DNA from: Candidatus Pacearchaeota archaeon
Lineage (GTDB): Archaea; Nanobdellota; Nanobdellia; Pacearchaeales; GW2011-AR1
NCBI GenBank assembly: GCA_017608405.1
Contig: JAFCFX010000001.1
Coordinates: 7,667 to 71,666, forward strand
Length of the DNA: 64,000 nt
Direction: 5' to 3'
Shown: positions 47,361 to 57,127 of the stretch, piece by piece
How positions within the stretch are numbered: position 1 is the stretch's first letter
Layout: every line of letters begins with the position of its first letter
Position numbers and translations under genes: made by a program
The notes under the pieces: generated by a model
Seen by the model: only the letters and a program-made list of their open reading frames with translations
Database searches by the model: none
What the model was told of the DNA's origin: nothing

Positions 47361-48692
47361 ATGAAAAAAGAGTATATTAAAGATATTTTAAAGAGAAAAA
47401 ACAAGGATGTTGTTCTTTATGGTTGGATAAAGTCTAAAAGAGTTTCTAAAGAGATTGTTTTTTTGGATGTTGTAGATTCTTCTGGCCAGATGCAAGCTGT
47501 TGTAGATAAAAAGAATGTTTCTTCTTGGAATTTGGCTAATCAAATAGCTCCTGAATCTTCTGTCCTAATTAAAGGAGTTTTGAAGCGGGGAAAAAATAAT
47601 CTTGAAGTAGGAGTAAAAACTATTCAATTGGTGGGAGATGCAAAATTAAATTTATCTCCCCGTCCGAGGCAAGATTTTGATATTTTTGGTTCATCCTATG
47701 CAGATTATGTTTTGAAAAATAGACATTTGTTTTTGAGGAATCCGAAGTTGCAGGCAGTATTAAAATTTAAGCATAAATTTCTTATTAATCTTCATAAGTG
47801 GTTTACTGAAAGAGAATTTTTGTTTTTGGATGCTCCGGTATTAACTGAGCTTTTATTGTATGATGATGATAGTGCCTTTAAATTAGACTATTCTGACAAA
47901 ATTAGTGGCAAGCAGGAAGTGTTTTTGTCTCAATGCAATACTTTTCAATTGGAGGCCGCAATACACTCTTTTGAAAAAGTATACAACATGACTCCTTCTT
48001 TTAGGGCAGAGCACAGCAAATCTAGCAGACATTTAAGAGAATACTGGCATTTGAAGGTTGAAATTGCTTGGGCAAATCTGGATGATTTGATTAAAATAGC
48101 AGGGGAAATGTTATATGCGGTGGCTAAGAATACTGTTGAGGAGTGTGGAAATGAGTTGGAGGTTTTAGGGGTTAAGGTAGATTTGGATAAACTGAAGCCC
48201 CCATATAAGCAAATAACTTATGATGAAGCATTGAAAATTATTCATTCAAAAGGCAACAAGATGAAATGGGGGAAGAGTTTTGGTGTTGAGGAAGAGATGA
48301 TTTTAACCAAAGAATTTGGGGAGAATTTTTTGTTTATTCGAGGAATCCCCTGTAGTGCAGAAGGCTTTCCTTTTTCTAGAGATAAATCAAATATTAAAAT
48401 TACTCGAACTTGTGATTTAATTGCCCCTGAAGGATTTGGAGAACTCTTGGGTACAGCAGAAAAAATTACTGACAAAAAAGAATTATTAGAAAGGATGAAG
48501 GAAAAAGGAAAAACCACTCCTGAGCAAATGAAAAGATATCAATGGTATGTTGATTTGAGAGATTATGGAATTATTCCTCATGGAGGTATAGGAATGGGCA
48601 TAGAAAGGGTTGTAAGGTATTTACTAAAAATCCCCCATGTTAGGGATACTATTTCATTTCCGAGGCTTTATGGAAGGTACCCCAACCCTTAA
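47361..48692 (+). CDS. Class IIb aaRS paralog (AsnRS-like, or a second AspRS)
   Basis: Starts 2 nt after the aspS stop. OB domain plus class II core (PSFRAEHSKSSRHLREYWHLKVEIAW; GIIPHGGIGMGIERV). Asn versus Asp specificity cannot be told from sequence by eye. Confidence 0.6.
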   Translation: MKKEYIKDILKRKNKDVVLYGWIKSKRVSKEIVFLDVVDSSGQMQAVVDKKNVSSWNLANQIAPESSVLIKGVLKRGKNNLEVGVKTIQLVGDAKLNLSPRPRQDFDIFGSSYADYVLKNRHLFLRNPKLQAVLKFKHKFLINLHKWFTEREFLFLDAPVLTELLLYDDDSAFKLDYSDKISGKQEVFLSQCNTFQLEAAIHSFEKVYNMTPSFRAEHSKSSRHLREYWHLKVEIAWANLDDLIKIAGEMLYAVAKNTVEECGNELEVLGVKVDLDKLKPPYKQITYDEALKIIHSKGNKMKWGKSFGVEEEMILTKEFGENFLFIRGIPCSAEGFPFSRDKSNIKITRTCDLIAPEGFGELLGTAEKITDKKELLERMKEKGKTTPEQMKRYQWYVDLRDYGIIPHGGIGMGIERVVRYLLKIPHVRDTISFPRLYGRYPNP

Positions 48693-48693
48693 A

Positions 48694-49671
48694 ATGACTT
48701 TTGAAAAGAAGGGAATAGATTACATGTATGACTTATATCTGGCAACTTCTAAAAAAAAATTTACCAAAGTAGTTGTCTGTCCTGAATTGTATCCTTACGC
48801 GAAATTAATTTATGAAGCTTATGACAATCCTATTAGTTTAATAGATAATTCTGGAAAATTGTTATTTTCTAGGAAAAAGAGGAAAAAACCTTTTTTTGTT
48901 TTTTTAGTGAGTAGTGGAAAAGATTCTTTAGCTACTTTTTTTAAACACAGAAAAAAACAAAAAAAACAAAATAAGTTGGTGCATGTTCTTAATATAAATC
49001 CCCTGTATCCTTTTGAAAAGAAATTGGCTAAAAGAATTTTTAAACTTTTAAGGTTAAATGTAGATTTTTTTAATTTTAAACTGAGAAAAACGGGATTATG
49101 GCTCCCTGAATCAGTTATAAAAAATCAAATGATTTATGCTTTTGTTTTAGAGAAATTAGATTTTCTCCCTTTGGCTATTGGATTTGGGGGGACTAGATAT
49201 GTTGGACCGCAATCTATGGCTTTTTTTCATGATAATTTTTTGGCTTTCAAACTTTTCCATGAGTTTGCAAACAAAGCCTGGGGAACCCATAAATTACTTC
49301 CTTTTTTAGATGACGAAATAATGGCTTATCAAATTTTGTTTAAAAAAGCTCCTACTTCAGTTTTAAATATTTTGGGGAGTTGTATGGCAGATTATAAGGA
49401 GAAAGGTAAAATAAAAAGATCGGTAGAAACGAAGTTTAACTTTTCTATCTCTAACAAATATGAATGTGGGAAGTGCTATAAGTGTGCAGAAAAAGCGATC
49501 ATTGAAGATAAATTTTTAAACAAAAAATATCCAAAAAAATATCTTTCTTTTTGTAAAAAGATAATTTCTGATAAAATAAAAGAAACTTTGAAATTAAATG
49601 GATATCCTGCTAGTTGTTTAAAACAGAGGTTTCCAAAACACTATTTGGAACGAATGGGTTTCCGCAATTAA
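48694..49671 (+). CDS. PP-loop ATP pyrophosphatase family protein (QueC/ExsB-like) with C-terminal Cys cluster
   Basis: SSGKDSL (SGGxDS PP-loop) and C-terminal CGKCYKC. Starts 2 nt after the preceding stop. Confidence 0.5.
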   Translation: MTFEKKGIDYMYDLYLATSKKKFTKVVVCPELYPYAKLIYEAYDNPISLIDNSGKLLFSRKKRKKPFFVFLVSSGKDSLATFFKHRKKQKKQNKLVHVLNINPLYPFEKKLAKRIFKLLRLNVDFFNFKLRKTGLWLPESVIKNQMIYAFVLEKLDFLPLAIGFGGTRYVGPQSMAFFHDNFLAFKLFHEFANKAWGTHKLLPFLDDEIMAYQILFKKAPTSVLNILGSCMADYKEKGKIKRSVETKFNFSISNKYECGKCYKCAEKAIIEDKFLNKKYPKKYLSFCKKIISDKIKETLKLNGYPASCLKQRFPKHYLERMGFRN

Positions 49672-49701
49672 TCTTATAAATACCTAGTTCTTTTTTAATT
49701 A

Positions 49702-49956
49702 ATGGCAGATTTCCTATTTCATAAGGTTTCAGAAGCAGAAAAAAAACAAATTCAAAAGCAGGCAAAGGTTCTTATGGATAAATTTTCCCAGAGGCTTTCT
49801 AAGATTGGGAAGCAAATAGATGACCCTCTAATTGAGAGGGGAGAAGGAGAAAGAAGAGAGGGAGGAGAAAAAATAGATTTTTCTAGGAAAATTATGTTTG
49901 AGAATGCTCCCAATAAAAATAAAGATTTTTTTGTTGTAGAGAGAAAATCATGGTAG
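49702..49956 (+). CDS. gatC: Putative GatC (amidotransferase subunit C)
   Basis: 84-aa helical protein immediately upstream of gatA and overlapping it by 7 nt, giving the classical gatC-gatA arrangement. Sequence similarity to GatC is weak, so the call rests mainly on context. Confidence 0.35.
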   Translation: MADFLFHKVSEAEKKQIQKQAKVLMDKFSQRLSKIGKQIDDPLIERGEGERREGGEKIDFSRKIMFENAPNKNKDFFVVERKSW

Positions 49957-51266
49957 TTGTTGAAAAGTTAAAAATTTATTTAGAAGAAATAAAGAAAAAT
50001 GATAAACAAGGAAATAAAATAAATTCCTTTTTACAATTAAATCCTGATGTTCTAGAACAAGCCAAGGCCATTGATTCTAAAAAAAATAAAGGAAAACTTT
50101 TTGGAAAGGTTATTGGGGTTAAGGCTAATATTAATGTTGAGGGTATGAATATAAGTTGTGCTTCTAAAACTTTGGAAAAATATAAGGCTCCTTATGATGC
50201 TACTGTGATTAAGAAAATTAAGCAAGAAGAGGGTTTGATTTTGGGTTTAACAAATATGGATGAATTTGCTTCAGGAGGAAGTGGGGAAACTTCTGCATTT
50301 GGGGCTGTTAAAAATCCCAAGGTCTTAGGCTTGATTCCTGGGGGATCTAGTGCTGGAAGTGCTGCTTCTGTTGCTGCGGGTTTTTGTGATGTGGCTTTGG
50401 GCAGTGATACAGGTGGGAGCATAAGAAATCCAGCAAGTCATTGCGGGGTTGTTGGATTAAAACCGACTTACTCAAGTGTTTCAAGATATGGTTTAATTGA
50501 TTTGAGTATGGGTTTAGATCAAATTGGTGTTTTGGCTAGGAGTGTAGGTGATGTGGCATTGTTTTTTTCAATTATCCAGGGCAAAGATGAAAAAGATGCA
50601 ATAAGTCAGGCTAGTGAGAAAATAAATTTGAAAGCCATTGAAAAAATTCCCAAGGCAATAACAGTGGGAGTTTTGGATTTTAAAATACAAGATAAGAGAA
50701 TTCAGAAATTGATTGATGAAAAAGTTAAACAGGTAGCAAAAACTAATTCTTGGAAAATAAAAAAAATTAAAATTAATAATATTGATCTTGCTGTTGAGAC
50801 TTATTATCCTTTAGTATATGTTGAGTTTTTTTCTGGAACAAGGCGTTTTGATGCTAGAAGATACGGTCAGAAAATTGAAGATGTTGCGGGGTCAGAGGTA
50901 TTAAGAAGGATTTTGGGGGGGAGTGAGATTTCAAAAGCAGAATATCGTGGAAGATATTATCATTTGGCATTGAAAGCAAAAAAACTAATTAAAGAAGAAT
51001 TTGAACAGGCATTTAAAAAAGTAGATTGTATTATTTCTCCTACTGTTCCCAAACTTCCCCATAAGATTGGTGAAAAGATTTCTGTTGAAGACATGTATGA
51101 GTATGATGCTTTAACTGCACCTGCAAATCTTGCTGGAAATTGTGCTATTTCTATTCCTTGTGGAACTGTGGACAATATTCCTGTAGGGATGCAGATAATG
51201 TGTGATAAGTTTAAAGAACAAAAACTCTTGCAAATAGCAAGAAGTTTTGAAAAGATTTTTCTTTGA
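49950..51266 (+). CDS. gatA: Glutamyl-tRNA(Gln)/Asp-tRNA(Asn) amidotransferase subunit A (amidase signature family)
   Basis: Amidase signature GGSSAGSAASVAAGFCDVALGSDTGGSIRNPAS with catalytic Ser/Ser/Lys context; 438 aa. Confidence 0.75.
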   Translation: MVVVEKLKIYLEEIKKNDKQGNKINSFLQLNPDVLEQAKAIDSKKNKGKLFGKVIGVKANINVEGMNISCASKTLEKYKAPYDATVIKKIKQEEGLILGLTNMDEFASGGSGETSAFGAVKNPKVLGLIPGGSSAGSAASVAAGFCDVALGSDTGGSIRNPASHCGVVGLKPTYSSVSRYGLIDLSMGLDQIGVLARSVGDVALFFSIIQGKDEKDAISQASEKINLKAIEKIPKAITVGVLDFKIQDKRIQKLIDEKVKQVAKTNSWKIKKIKINNIDLAVETYYPLVYVEFFSGTRRFDARRYGQKIEDVAGSEVLRRILGGSEISKAEYRGRYYHLALKAKKLIKEEFEQAFKKVDCIISPTVPKLPHKIGEKISVEDMYEYDALTAPANLAGNCAISIPCGTVDNIPVGMQIMCDKFKEQKLLQIARSFEKIFL

Positions 51267-51347
51267 CTTTTTGTCCCTAGAAAGGGGAAAGGTAGTTTTA
51301 AAAACTAGAAAGTCAGATAGATTTATTTAAAATTGGAGGGATTTTAA

Positions 51348-51404
51348 ATGCCTGAAGACGAATATGAAGATGATGAAGATGATGAAGATGAAGAGGATGA
51401 TTGA
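51348..51404 (+). CDS. Possible 18-aa acidic micro-ORF (MPEDEYEDDEDDEDEEDD)
   Basis: ATG is preceded by GGAGGG 7 nt upstream. Entirely D/E after the first four residues. Could be a spacer artefact. Confidence 0.2.
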   Translation: MPEDEYEDDEDDEDEEDD

Positions 51405-51446
51405 TCTTAATTAACCTTTTAAACTTTATTTTTTTATTAATTTCCT

Positions 51447-52553
51447 ATGTTAAAGAATCTTTATACTGTTATAAGAAAAACAGGGGGTTATATTCCTACT
51501 GTGAGAGTTTCAAATAGTGATTTTCTTAAGGGTGAATTTTATGGGTCTGATGGCAAAAAAGTAAAATATACTAGTGGTCCTAAAGAAGGACAAGAAAAAC
51601 CAATTGAAGAAATTGTCCAGACTTTTGAAAAAATAACTGGAATAAAAGAGAGGAGATATGTTACAGATGATCTTAATGCATCTGATATTGGAACTTTAGC
51701 TGTAAAGGAATTTTTTAATGGTTCTGACATAGAAAATCTAAAATATATTATATTTGCACATAATTTTGGGGATATAAGTGCAGAGAATAAAAGATCTGAA
51801 TTTGTTCCTAGTTTGGGTGCAAGAGTTAAACTTAATCTTGGAATTGAAGATCCAAATGTAATTGCTTATGATTTGCCTTTTGGCTGTCCTGGTTGATTAG
51901 AGGCTTTTATTCAAGCAGATGAAAGATTAAAAAAAGGTGAAAAAGCATGGGCTATTGGTGCAGAAACACTATCAAGGGTTTCTCCTAGTGAGGATATGGA
52001 TGGTATGCTTTATTCTGATGGATCAGGAGCTGCAGAACTTGAAAAAATTGAAAGTGATAAACCTGTTGGGGTCTTATCTCATGTGACTCATTCTGATAGT
52101 TCTTATCTCTTGAAAATGGGAAGATCATATAATCCAAATCATAAAGGAAATGAATTATTTTTAAAAATGAATGGGCATGCTCTTTATGAATATGCTTTAA
52201 GGAATGTTCCAAAGGTTGTTAAAAAAAGCCTGGATAAAGCAGGGTTAAAACTAAAAGATGTGAAAAAGATTTTAATTCATCAAGCTAATGAGAAAATGGA
52301 TGAAGCAATAGTAAAGCGCCTGTTTAAGTTATATGGTGAAAAACCTAGTGCAGAGGAAATTAGGAATATTATACCAATGATAATTTCCTGGTTAGGAAAT
52401 AGTTCTGTTGCCACTTTGCCAACATTGCTTGATTTAGTACTTAAGGGAAAAGTAAATAATCATGGTTTAAATCCCAGAGATATTGTTGTTTTTGCTTCTG
52501 TTGGAGGGGGAATGAATATTAACTCTCTTGTTTATAAGATGCCTTGGGCTTAG
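51447..52553 (+). pseudogene. FabH-like 3-oxoacyl synthase III / thiolase-fold condensing enzyme interrupted by an in-frame TGA (51894-51896)
   Basis: Two track ORFs (51447-51896 and 51996-52553) are in the same frame and together form one thiolase-fold protein. The active-site context YDLPFGCPG-[TGA]-LEAF corresponds to FabH ...CAG-F/W..., and the downstream HQAN motif is present. TGA is used as a true stop by neighbouring genes. Confidence 0.55.
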
Positions 52554-52587
52554 AAATACTTTTAAACTGGAACTTGTTTTTGATAAT

Positions 52588-53253
52588 ATGAAAATAGATG
52601 ATATAGAGATAAAATGGCTTGGACATGCAGGGTTTTTAATTAAAAACTCAAAAGTAATTTATGTTGACCCGTATAATATTAAAGAAGATTGCGAAAAAGC
52701 AGATTTGATCTTAATTACACATAGTCATTATGATCATTGCAGTGTGGCTGATTTAAATAAAATTGTAAAAGAAGGAACAAGGATTGTGGTGACAGCAGAT
52801 TGTCAAAGTAAATTAATGCATTTTGATGTGCCAATTAAAATAGAAATTATTGAGGCTTTGCAAGAATTGGTTTTTGGGGATGTTAAAGTATCTGCTTTTC
52901 CAGCATATAATACAGATAAACCTTTTCATCCAAATGATGAAGCCTGGATTGGTTATTTAATAAAAATGAATAATCTTCTTATTTATCATGCAGGAGATAC
53001 AGATGTGATTCCTGAGATGCAAAAACTTACTGGTTTTAAACAAGCAGATAAGAAGTTTATTGCTTTGCTTCCTATAGGAGGAAGATTTACAATGAGTGTT
53101 GAAGAAGCTGTTGATGCAGCTAAAATAATTAAGCCAACTTTAGCAATTCCAATGCATTATGGAAGTATTGTTGGAAGTGAAGAAGATGCTAAGGAATTTG
53201 TAGAACTTTGTAAAGAGGAAGGAGTAGAAGCTGAGATTTTGGAGAAAGAATGA
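52588..53253 (+). CDS. Metallo-beta-lactamase-fold metal-dependent hydrolase (UPF0173-like)
   Basis: LITHSHYDHC (HxHxDH) and downstream His/Asp ligands (YHAGDTD, PMHYG); start at internal ATG 52588. Confidence 0.6.
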   Translation: MKIDDIEIKWLGHAGFLIKNSKVIYVDPYNIKEDCEKADLILITHSHYDHCSVADLNKIVKEGTRIVVTADCQSKLMHFDVPIKIEIIEALQELVFGDVKVSAFPAYNTDKPFHPNDEAWIGYLIKMNNLLIYHAGDTDVIPEMQKLTGFKQADKKFIALLPIGGRFTMSVEEAVDAAKIIKPTLAIPMHYGSIVGSEEDAKEFVELCKEEGVEAEILEKE

Positions 53254-53801
53254 ATCCTGATTTTCTTAAAAGAAAAAAAGATATTTTATCTAAGCAAGAT
53301 AAATCTTCTAAGCAAGGTTATGATGAGAAAATTAAAGATCTTTGTGAAAAGATAAATCAAAAACAAAATTATTATACAACTTCATCTTGTTCTGGGAGAG
53401 TTGTGGTTGTGAAAGATATTTCTAAGAGTCCGGGGGTTTTTTTATTTGCTAGTCATGATTTAATTGATTTTGAGAATCTAAAAAAAGAGTTAGAAGGGAT
53501 TAAGGATAATGGTATTTTTAAGCAGGAGCCCTGTATACTTCATGTTGCATGTAGAGAATTTAAAGATGCTGAGAAATTATTGAAAAAGGCCCAGCTTGGG
53601 GGATGGAAAAGAAGTGGCATTATTTCAAGTAAAGATAAATTTATTTGTGAATTGCTTAGTACTGAAAAACTTGAATTCCCAATTGCTGATAAGGGAAAAT
53701 TATTAGTTGATGATGATTTTTTGAAAGTAGTTGTTGAGAAGAGCAATGAGAATCTTGAGAAGAGCTGGGAGAAGATTGGAAGATTGAAGAGTTTGTTGTG
53801 A
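53250..53801 (+). CDS. taw3: tRNA wyosine-derivative methyltransferase Taw3 (TYW3 family)
   Basis: YYTTSSCSGRVVVV contains the family-defining TSSCSGR motif; 183 aa. Confidence 0.65.
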   Translation: MNPDFLKRKKDILSKQDKSSKQGYDEKIKDLCEKINQKQNYYTTSSCSGRVVVVKDISKSPGVFLFASHDLIDFENLKKELEGIKDNGIFKQEPCILHVACREFKDAEKLLKKAQLGGWKRSGIISSKDKFICELLSTEKLEFPIADKGKLLVDDDFLKVVVEKSNENLEKSWEKIGRLKSLL

Positions 53802-54184
53802 TTTAGTATCTAAATATTTATAATATTTTTCTTATTTGTTTCTTTATGGCAGGTTATTAAGGGAGTTTAAGGGTTGTGTTTGTCCTACCTATCTTACTAA
53901 GACTGGAGATAGTTATTCTGAGTCAACAGTTCTCTGTTGTGAAGCAGCAGGTAAAAGACATACTTTTAATGTTGAATGGGTGAAGATAAATTAGATTGGC
54001 TTGCTAAAGTCTATAGTGAAGATTTAATGCAGGCTCGTGCAGATGGGATTAAATGTTTTGTTAAGGAGATACAAAAGAAACAAAAAAGTATCGAGGATTT
54101 TATTGGGGGATGGGGAACGAATTTAAATCATTGTTAAATGAAGATAAAAGTTAATTTAATAAATCATTTTACATTATCTAATTC

Positions 54185-54652
54185 ATGTATCCGCAGACAC
54201 ATTTATTGTTTTCATATTTTGTTGCATTGATATTTGTAAAGTTTACAGTCTTTGACCATAACACAGCTATTTTTGTTGCACTTGTTGCACTGCTTATTGA
54301 TGTTGACCATTACTTAACTTTTATTTTCAAATACAAAGAAATGGATTTTAAGCATGCTTGGAATAAGGCAGTTAAAGGAGTCTATAAGGGTAGAAGTTTT
54401 ATTCACCATAAGATCGGTTTTGCTGTAATTACTGCTATTGTTGTGGTTTTGTATTTTATAGATAGGAATTTATTTTGGATTATTGGACTTGGGTATTATT
54501 CCCATATGTTTTTAGATTATGCGCATCTTAATTTCTTAAAGATTAGAGGAAAGATGACTTTCAAAGAGTTTGGGATTGTAGAAAGAATAGGTAAGTTTGA
54601 GGTTTTACTTGATGTTTTTTTAATTATTGGCATTATTCTGCTGTTTCTGTGA
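54185..54652 (+). CDS. Membrane-bound metal-dependent hydrolase-like protein (DUF457-like)
   Basis: 155 aa, 4 predicted TM helices with His/Asp-rich loops (DVDHY, HHK). Confidence 0.4.
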   Translation: MYPQTHLLFSYFVALIFVKFTVFDHNTAIFVALVALLIDVDHYLTFIFKYKEMDFKHAWNKAVKGVYKGRSFIHHKIGFAVITAIVVVLYFIDRNLFWIIGLGYYSHMFLDYAHLNFLKIRGKMTFKEFGIVERIGKFEVLLDVFLIIGIILLFL

Positions 54653-54728
54653 TATGTGTTAAAACAGCAAAATCTTTAAATACAATTACCTATTTTCCAG
54701 GTTATATAGTTACAAGGAGGTATAAAAT

Positions 54729-55808
54729 ATGGTTTTAGATTTTGCAAAAGAGGCAATAGAAAAAACAGATTCCCATAGTATTAACTTTGATGAATTAAGA
54801 GCTGGTAAGGCTAATATTAAAGTTGTTGGTGTTGGGGGAATGGGAGGAAACGGAGTTACCTGGCTTTTTAATAAAGGGATCAATGGAGCTACAATTTATG
54901 CAGTAAATACAGATGCACTTCATCTTAGTGTTACAAAAGCAGATGAAAAAGTTCTCATTGGTAAAGAATTGACTAGAGGTTTGGGTGCTGGTGGAAAACC
55001 CAAGATAGGTAGAGAAGCTGCTAAAGAGGCTGTTGTCGATTTAAAGAAAACAGTTGGTGGAGCAGACATGGTTTTTGTTATTGCCGGATTAGGCGGTGGA
55101 ACCGGAACAGGTGCAGCCCCAGTAATTGCACAGATGGCTAAGGAAACTGGTGCAGTTGTTATTGGAGTTGTTACAATGCCGTTTGAATCAGAAAGAGCAA
55201 GAATTGATAAAGCAGAATTTGGTTTGCAAGAATTAAGAGAAGTGACTGATACTTGTATTGTTCTAGACAATAATAGACTTGTTGATATTGCTGGACAATT
55301 ACCTATTGAGCAAGCTTTTGCTGTTGCTAATGAATTAGTAAGTACTATGGTAAAAGGAATTGTTGAAACTATTACTTTGCCAAGTTTAATTAATTTGGAT
55401 TATGCAGATGTTTCCTCAATTATGAAGAATGGTGGTGTTGCTGTCATTGGTATTGGAGAAGCAGATACCCAAGATCGTGTTAATGAAGCTGTAAAGCAAG
55501 CCCTAACTCATCCTCTACTTGATGTGGATTATGCAGGTGCTGGCGGAGCTTTAATACATATTACTTGTGGTCCTGACTTAAAGCTAGAAGAGTTTGATTT
55601 GATAGGAAGAATTGTTTCTGAAAACCTGAGCCCAGATGCACAGGTAATTATTGGAGCGAGAATTAGCAAGGACTTTGTTGGTAAGGTTAGAGTGATTACA
55701 ATTATGACAGGAGTTAAGTCTCCATATGTCTTAGGAAGCGAGGTTGAACAGGAATCAATTCCTGTTTCTAAGGAAATGTCTGATTTAGGTATTGAAGTTT
55801 TAAGATAA
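54729..55808 (+). CDS. ftsZ: Cell division GTPase FtsZ
   Basis: Tubulin signature GGGTGTGAAPVIA, T4 loop, and GVGGMGGNGV nucleotide-binding N-terminus; 359 aa. Confidence 0.9.
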   Translation: MVLDFAKEAIEKTDSHSINFDELRAGKANIKVVGVGGMGGNGVTWLFNKGINGATIYAVNTDALHLSVTKADEKVLIGKELTRGLGAGGKPKIGREAAKEAVVDLKKTVGGADMVFVIAGLGGGTGTGAAPVIAQMAKETGAVVIGVVTMPFESERARIDKAEFGLQELREVTDTCIVLDNNRLVDIAGQLPIEQAFAVANELVSTMVKGIVETITLPSLINLDYADVSSIMKNGGVAVIGIGEADTQDRVNEAVKQALTHPLLDVDYAGAGGALIHITCGPDLKLEEFDLIGRIVSENLSPDAQVIIGARISKDFVGKVRVITIMTGVKSPYVLGSEVEQESIPVSKEMSDLGIEVLR

Positions 55809-55860
55809 ATTTATTCTAGCCTGCATTTGCGGGCTTTTTTTCTTTTTTGGAGTTTTTTTT

Positions 55861-56415
55861 CTAAATATTAATTAAAATAGAAGTAAGAGAAAGAGCTATA
55901 ATAATTCCAAGACAAACCCAAGGACCTATTCTTTTTTCATATTCTTTGTTTTCCATTATTCTATTTATTTCGTATTGTAGATAAAAGATGTTGAAGATAA
56001 GTGTGAAAAACCATGAAATTTTTTTTGTAACTCCTTTTTTAGTAAGGGTTTCATTTATTATTGTTCTTATACAGAAGGACATAAATAAAACTAAAATAAG
56101 GATGAAGAGGGCTATAATTGAATAAATTATTGCTATAATTGTAAAAATTGAAGCATAATCCAGGTTTGGTTTTGTAATGGCTAAAGTGCTAAAGACAAAT
56201 AATAAGATTAAGATAGGGATAGCGACAATTGTAATAATTAAATAAATAACTGTGAGTGTTTCTTTTAATTTTTTTTGGGTTCCCAAAGTGTTTAATTCTC
56301 TTGATTTTTTAATAAACCATATTGCAGAATAAATATTAAGAGTTATGGTAGATAAGATCCATAATAATGCCACGTTCTTTTTTTGGGGTGGGGTTTGTTG
56401 TTCTTGATCTTTCAT
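55861..56415 (-). CDS. Hypothetical integral membrane protein
   Basis: 184 aa, 5-6 hydrophobic helices; abuts the nitroreductase gene. Confidence 0.4.
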   Translation of the reverse strand: MKDQEQQTPPQKKNVALLWILSTITLNIYSAIWFIKKSRELNTLGTQKKLKETLTVIYLIITIVAIPILILLFVFSTLAITKPNLDYASIFTIIAIIYSIIALFILILVLFMSFCIRTIINETLTKKGVTKKISWFFTLIFNIFYLQYEINRIMENKEYEKRIGPWVCLGIIIALSLTSILINI

Positions 56416-56973
56416 TTAAACATCTAGCTTTTTAGCAGGTTTTAGTTTTGTATTGCTATAAGCATTAAAATAAAGAATATTGTCTAGGTCTATTTTTATT
56501 TTTTTTGTAGGTTTTTTCTCAAACTCATATCCAATAGGAAAGAGAGCTTCTACATTGACTTCTTTTGGTATTGATAATGCTCTTTTTACTTGACTTTCTA
56601 CAAAATGGCCTACCCAACAGCTTGAGAGTTTTGCTTCTTGAATTTTTAATAAGAAATTTTGAATTGCTGCGCCTGCTTGTTGCCTTGTGTAGGTTTTTCC
56701 TTTTTCTCCATAACTATTTATTGTTCTTGAAGGGTTTGAACAGGCCACCACAACATAATGTGCTTGCGCAATAAAATTTTGTTGTGCTGCTTTTGCTAAT
56801 TTTTTTATTTTTTCTTTATCATCGACTATAATAAATTTTACAGTGTAATTATTTCCTGCCATTGGAGCATAGCGCGCAGCGTTTATGCATTCAATTATCT
56901 TTCTCCAGTCTGGTTTTTTATTGCTGAATTTTCTTACACTTTTTCTAGATTGTATTGCTTTGTCTAATTCCAT
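56416..56973 (-). CDS. Nitroreductase-family flavoprotein
   Basis: QSRKSVRKFSNKKP...CINAARYAPMAGNNYTVKFIIV is the nitroreductase N-terminal FMN-binding signature. Confidence 0.7.
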   Translation of the reverse strand: MELDKAIQSRKSVRKFSNKKPDWRKIIECINAARYAPMAGNNYTVKFIIVDDKEKIKKLAKAAQQNFIAQAHYVVVACSNPSRTINSYGEKGKTYTRQQAGAAIQNFLLKIQEAKLSSCWVGHFVESQVKRALSIPKEVNVEALFPIGYEFEKKPTKKIKIDLDNILYFNAYSNTKLKPAKKLDV

Positions 56974-57052
56974 GAAAAAATTAAGAAATATGGTTATAAA
57001 AATGTTTTTGAATTCGTAACCTTTAAAAGTAAATAGAATTTATCATTATCAT

Positions 57053-57126
57053 GTCCCCGTGGCTCAGTTGGTTAGAGCGATCGGCTGTTAACCGATAGGT
57101 CGGAGGTTCGAGTCCTCCCGGGGACG
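57053..57126 (+). tRNA. tRNA-Asn (anticodon GUU), no intron
   Basis: GTCCCCG-TG-GCTC-AGTTGGTTA-GAGC-G-ATCGG-CTGTTAA-CCGAT-AGGTC-GGAGG-TTCGAGT-CCTCC-CGGGGAC-G; clean cloverleaf. Confidence 0.85.
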
Positions 57127-57127
57127 T

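Noticed and set aside
51894-51896. Genome-wide UGA reassignment (code 4/25-like)
   Set aside because: TGA terminates several neighbouring well-supported genes (e.g. aspS at 47357-47359 and the 610-aa gene at 3301-3303), so the standard code applies and the event is local.
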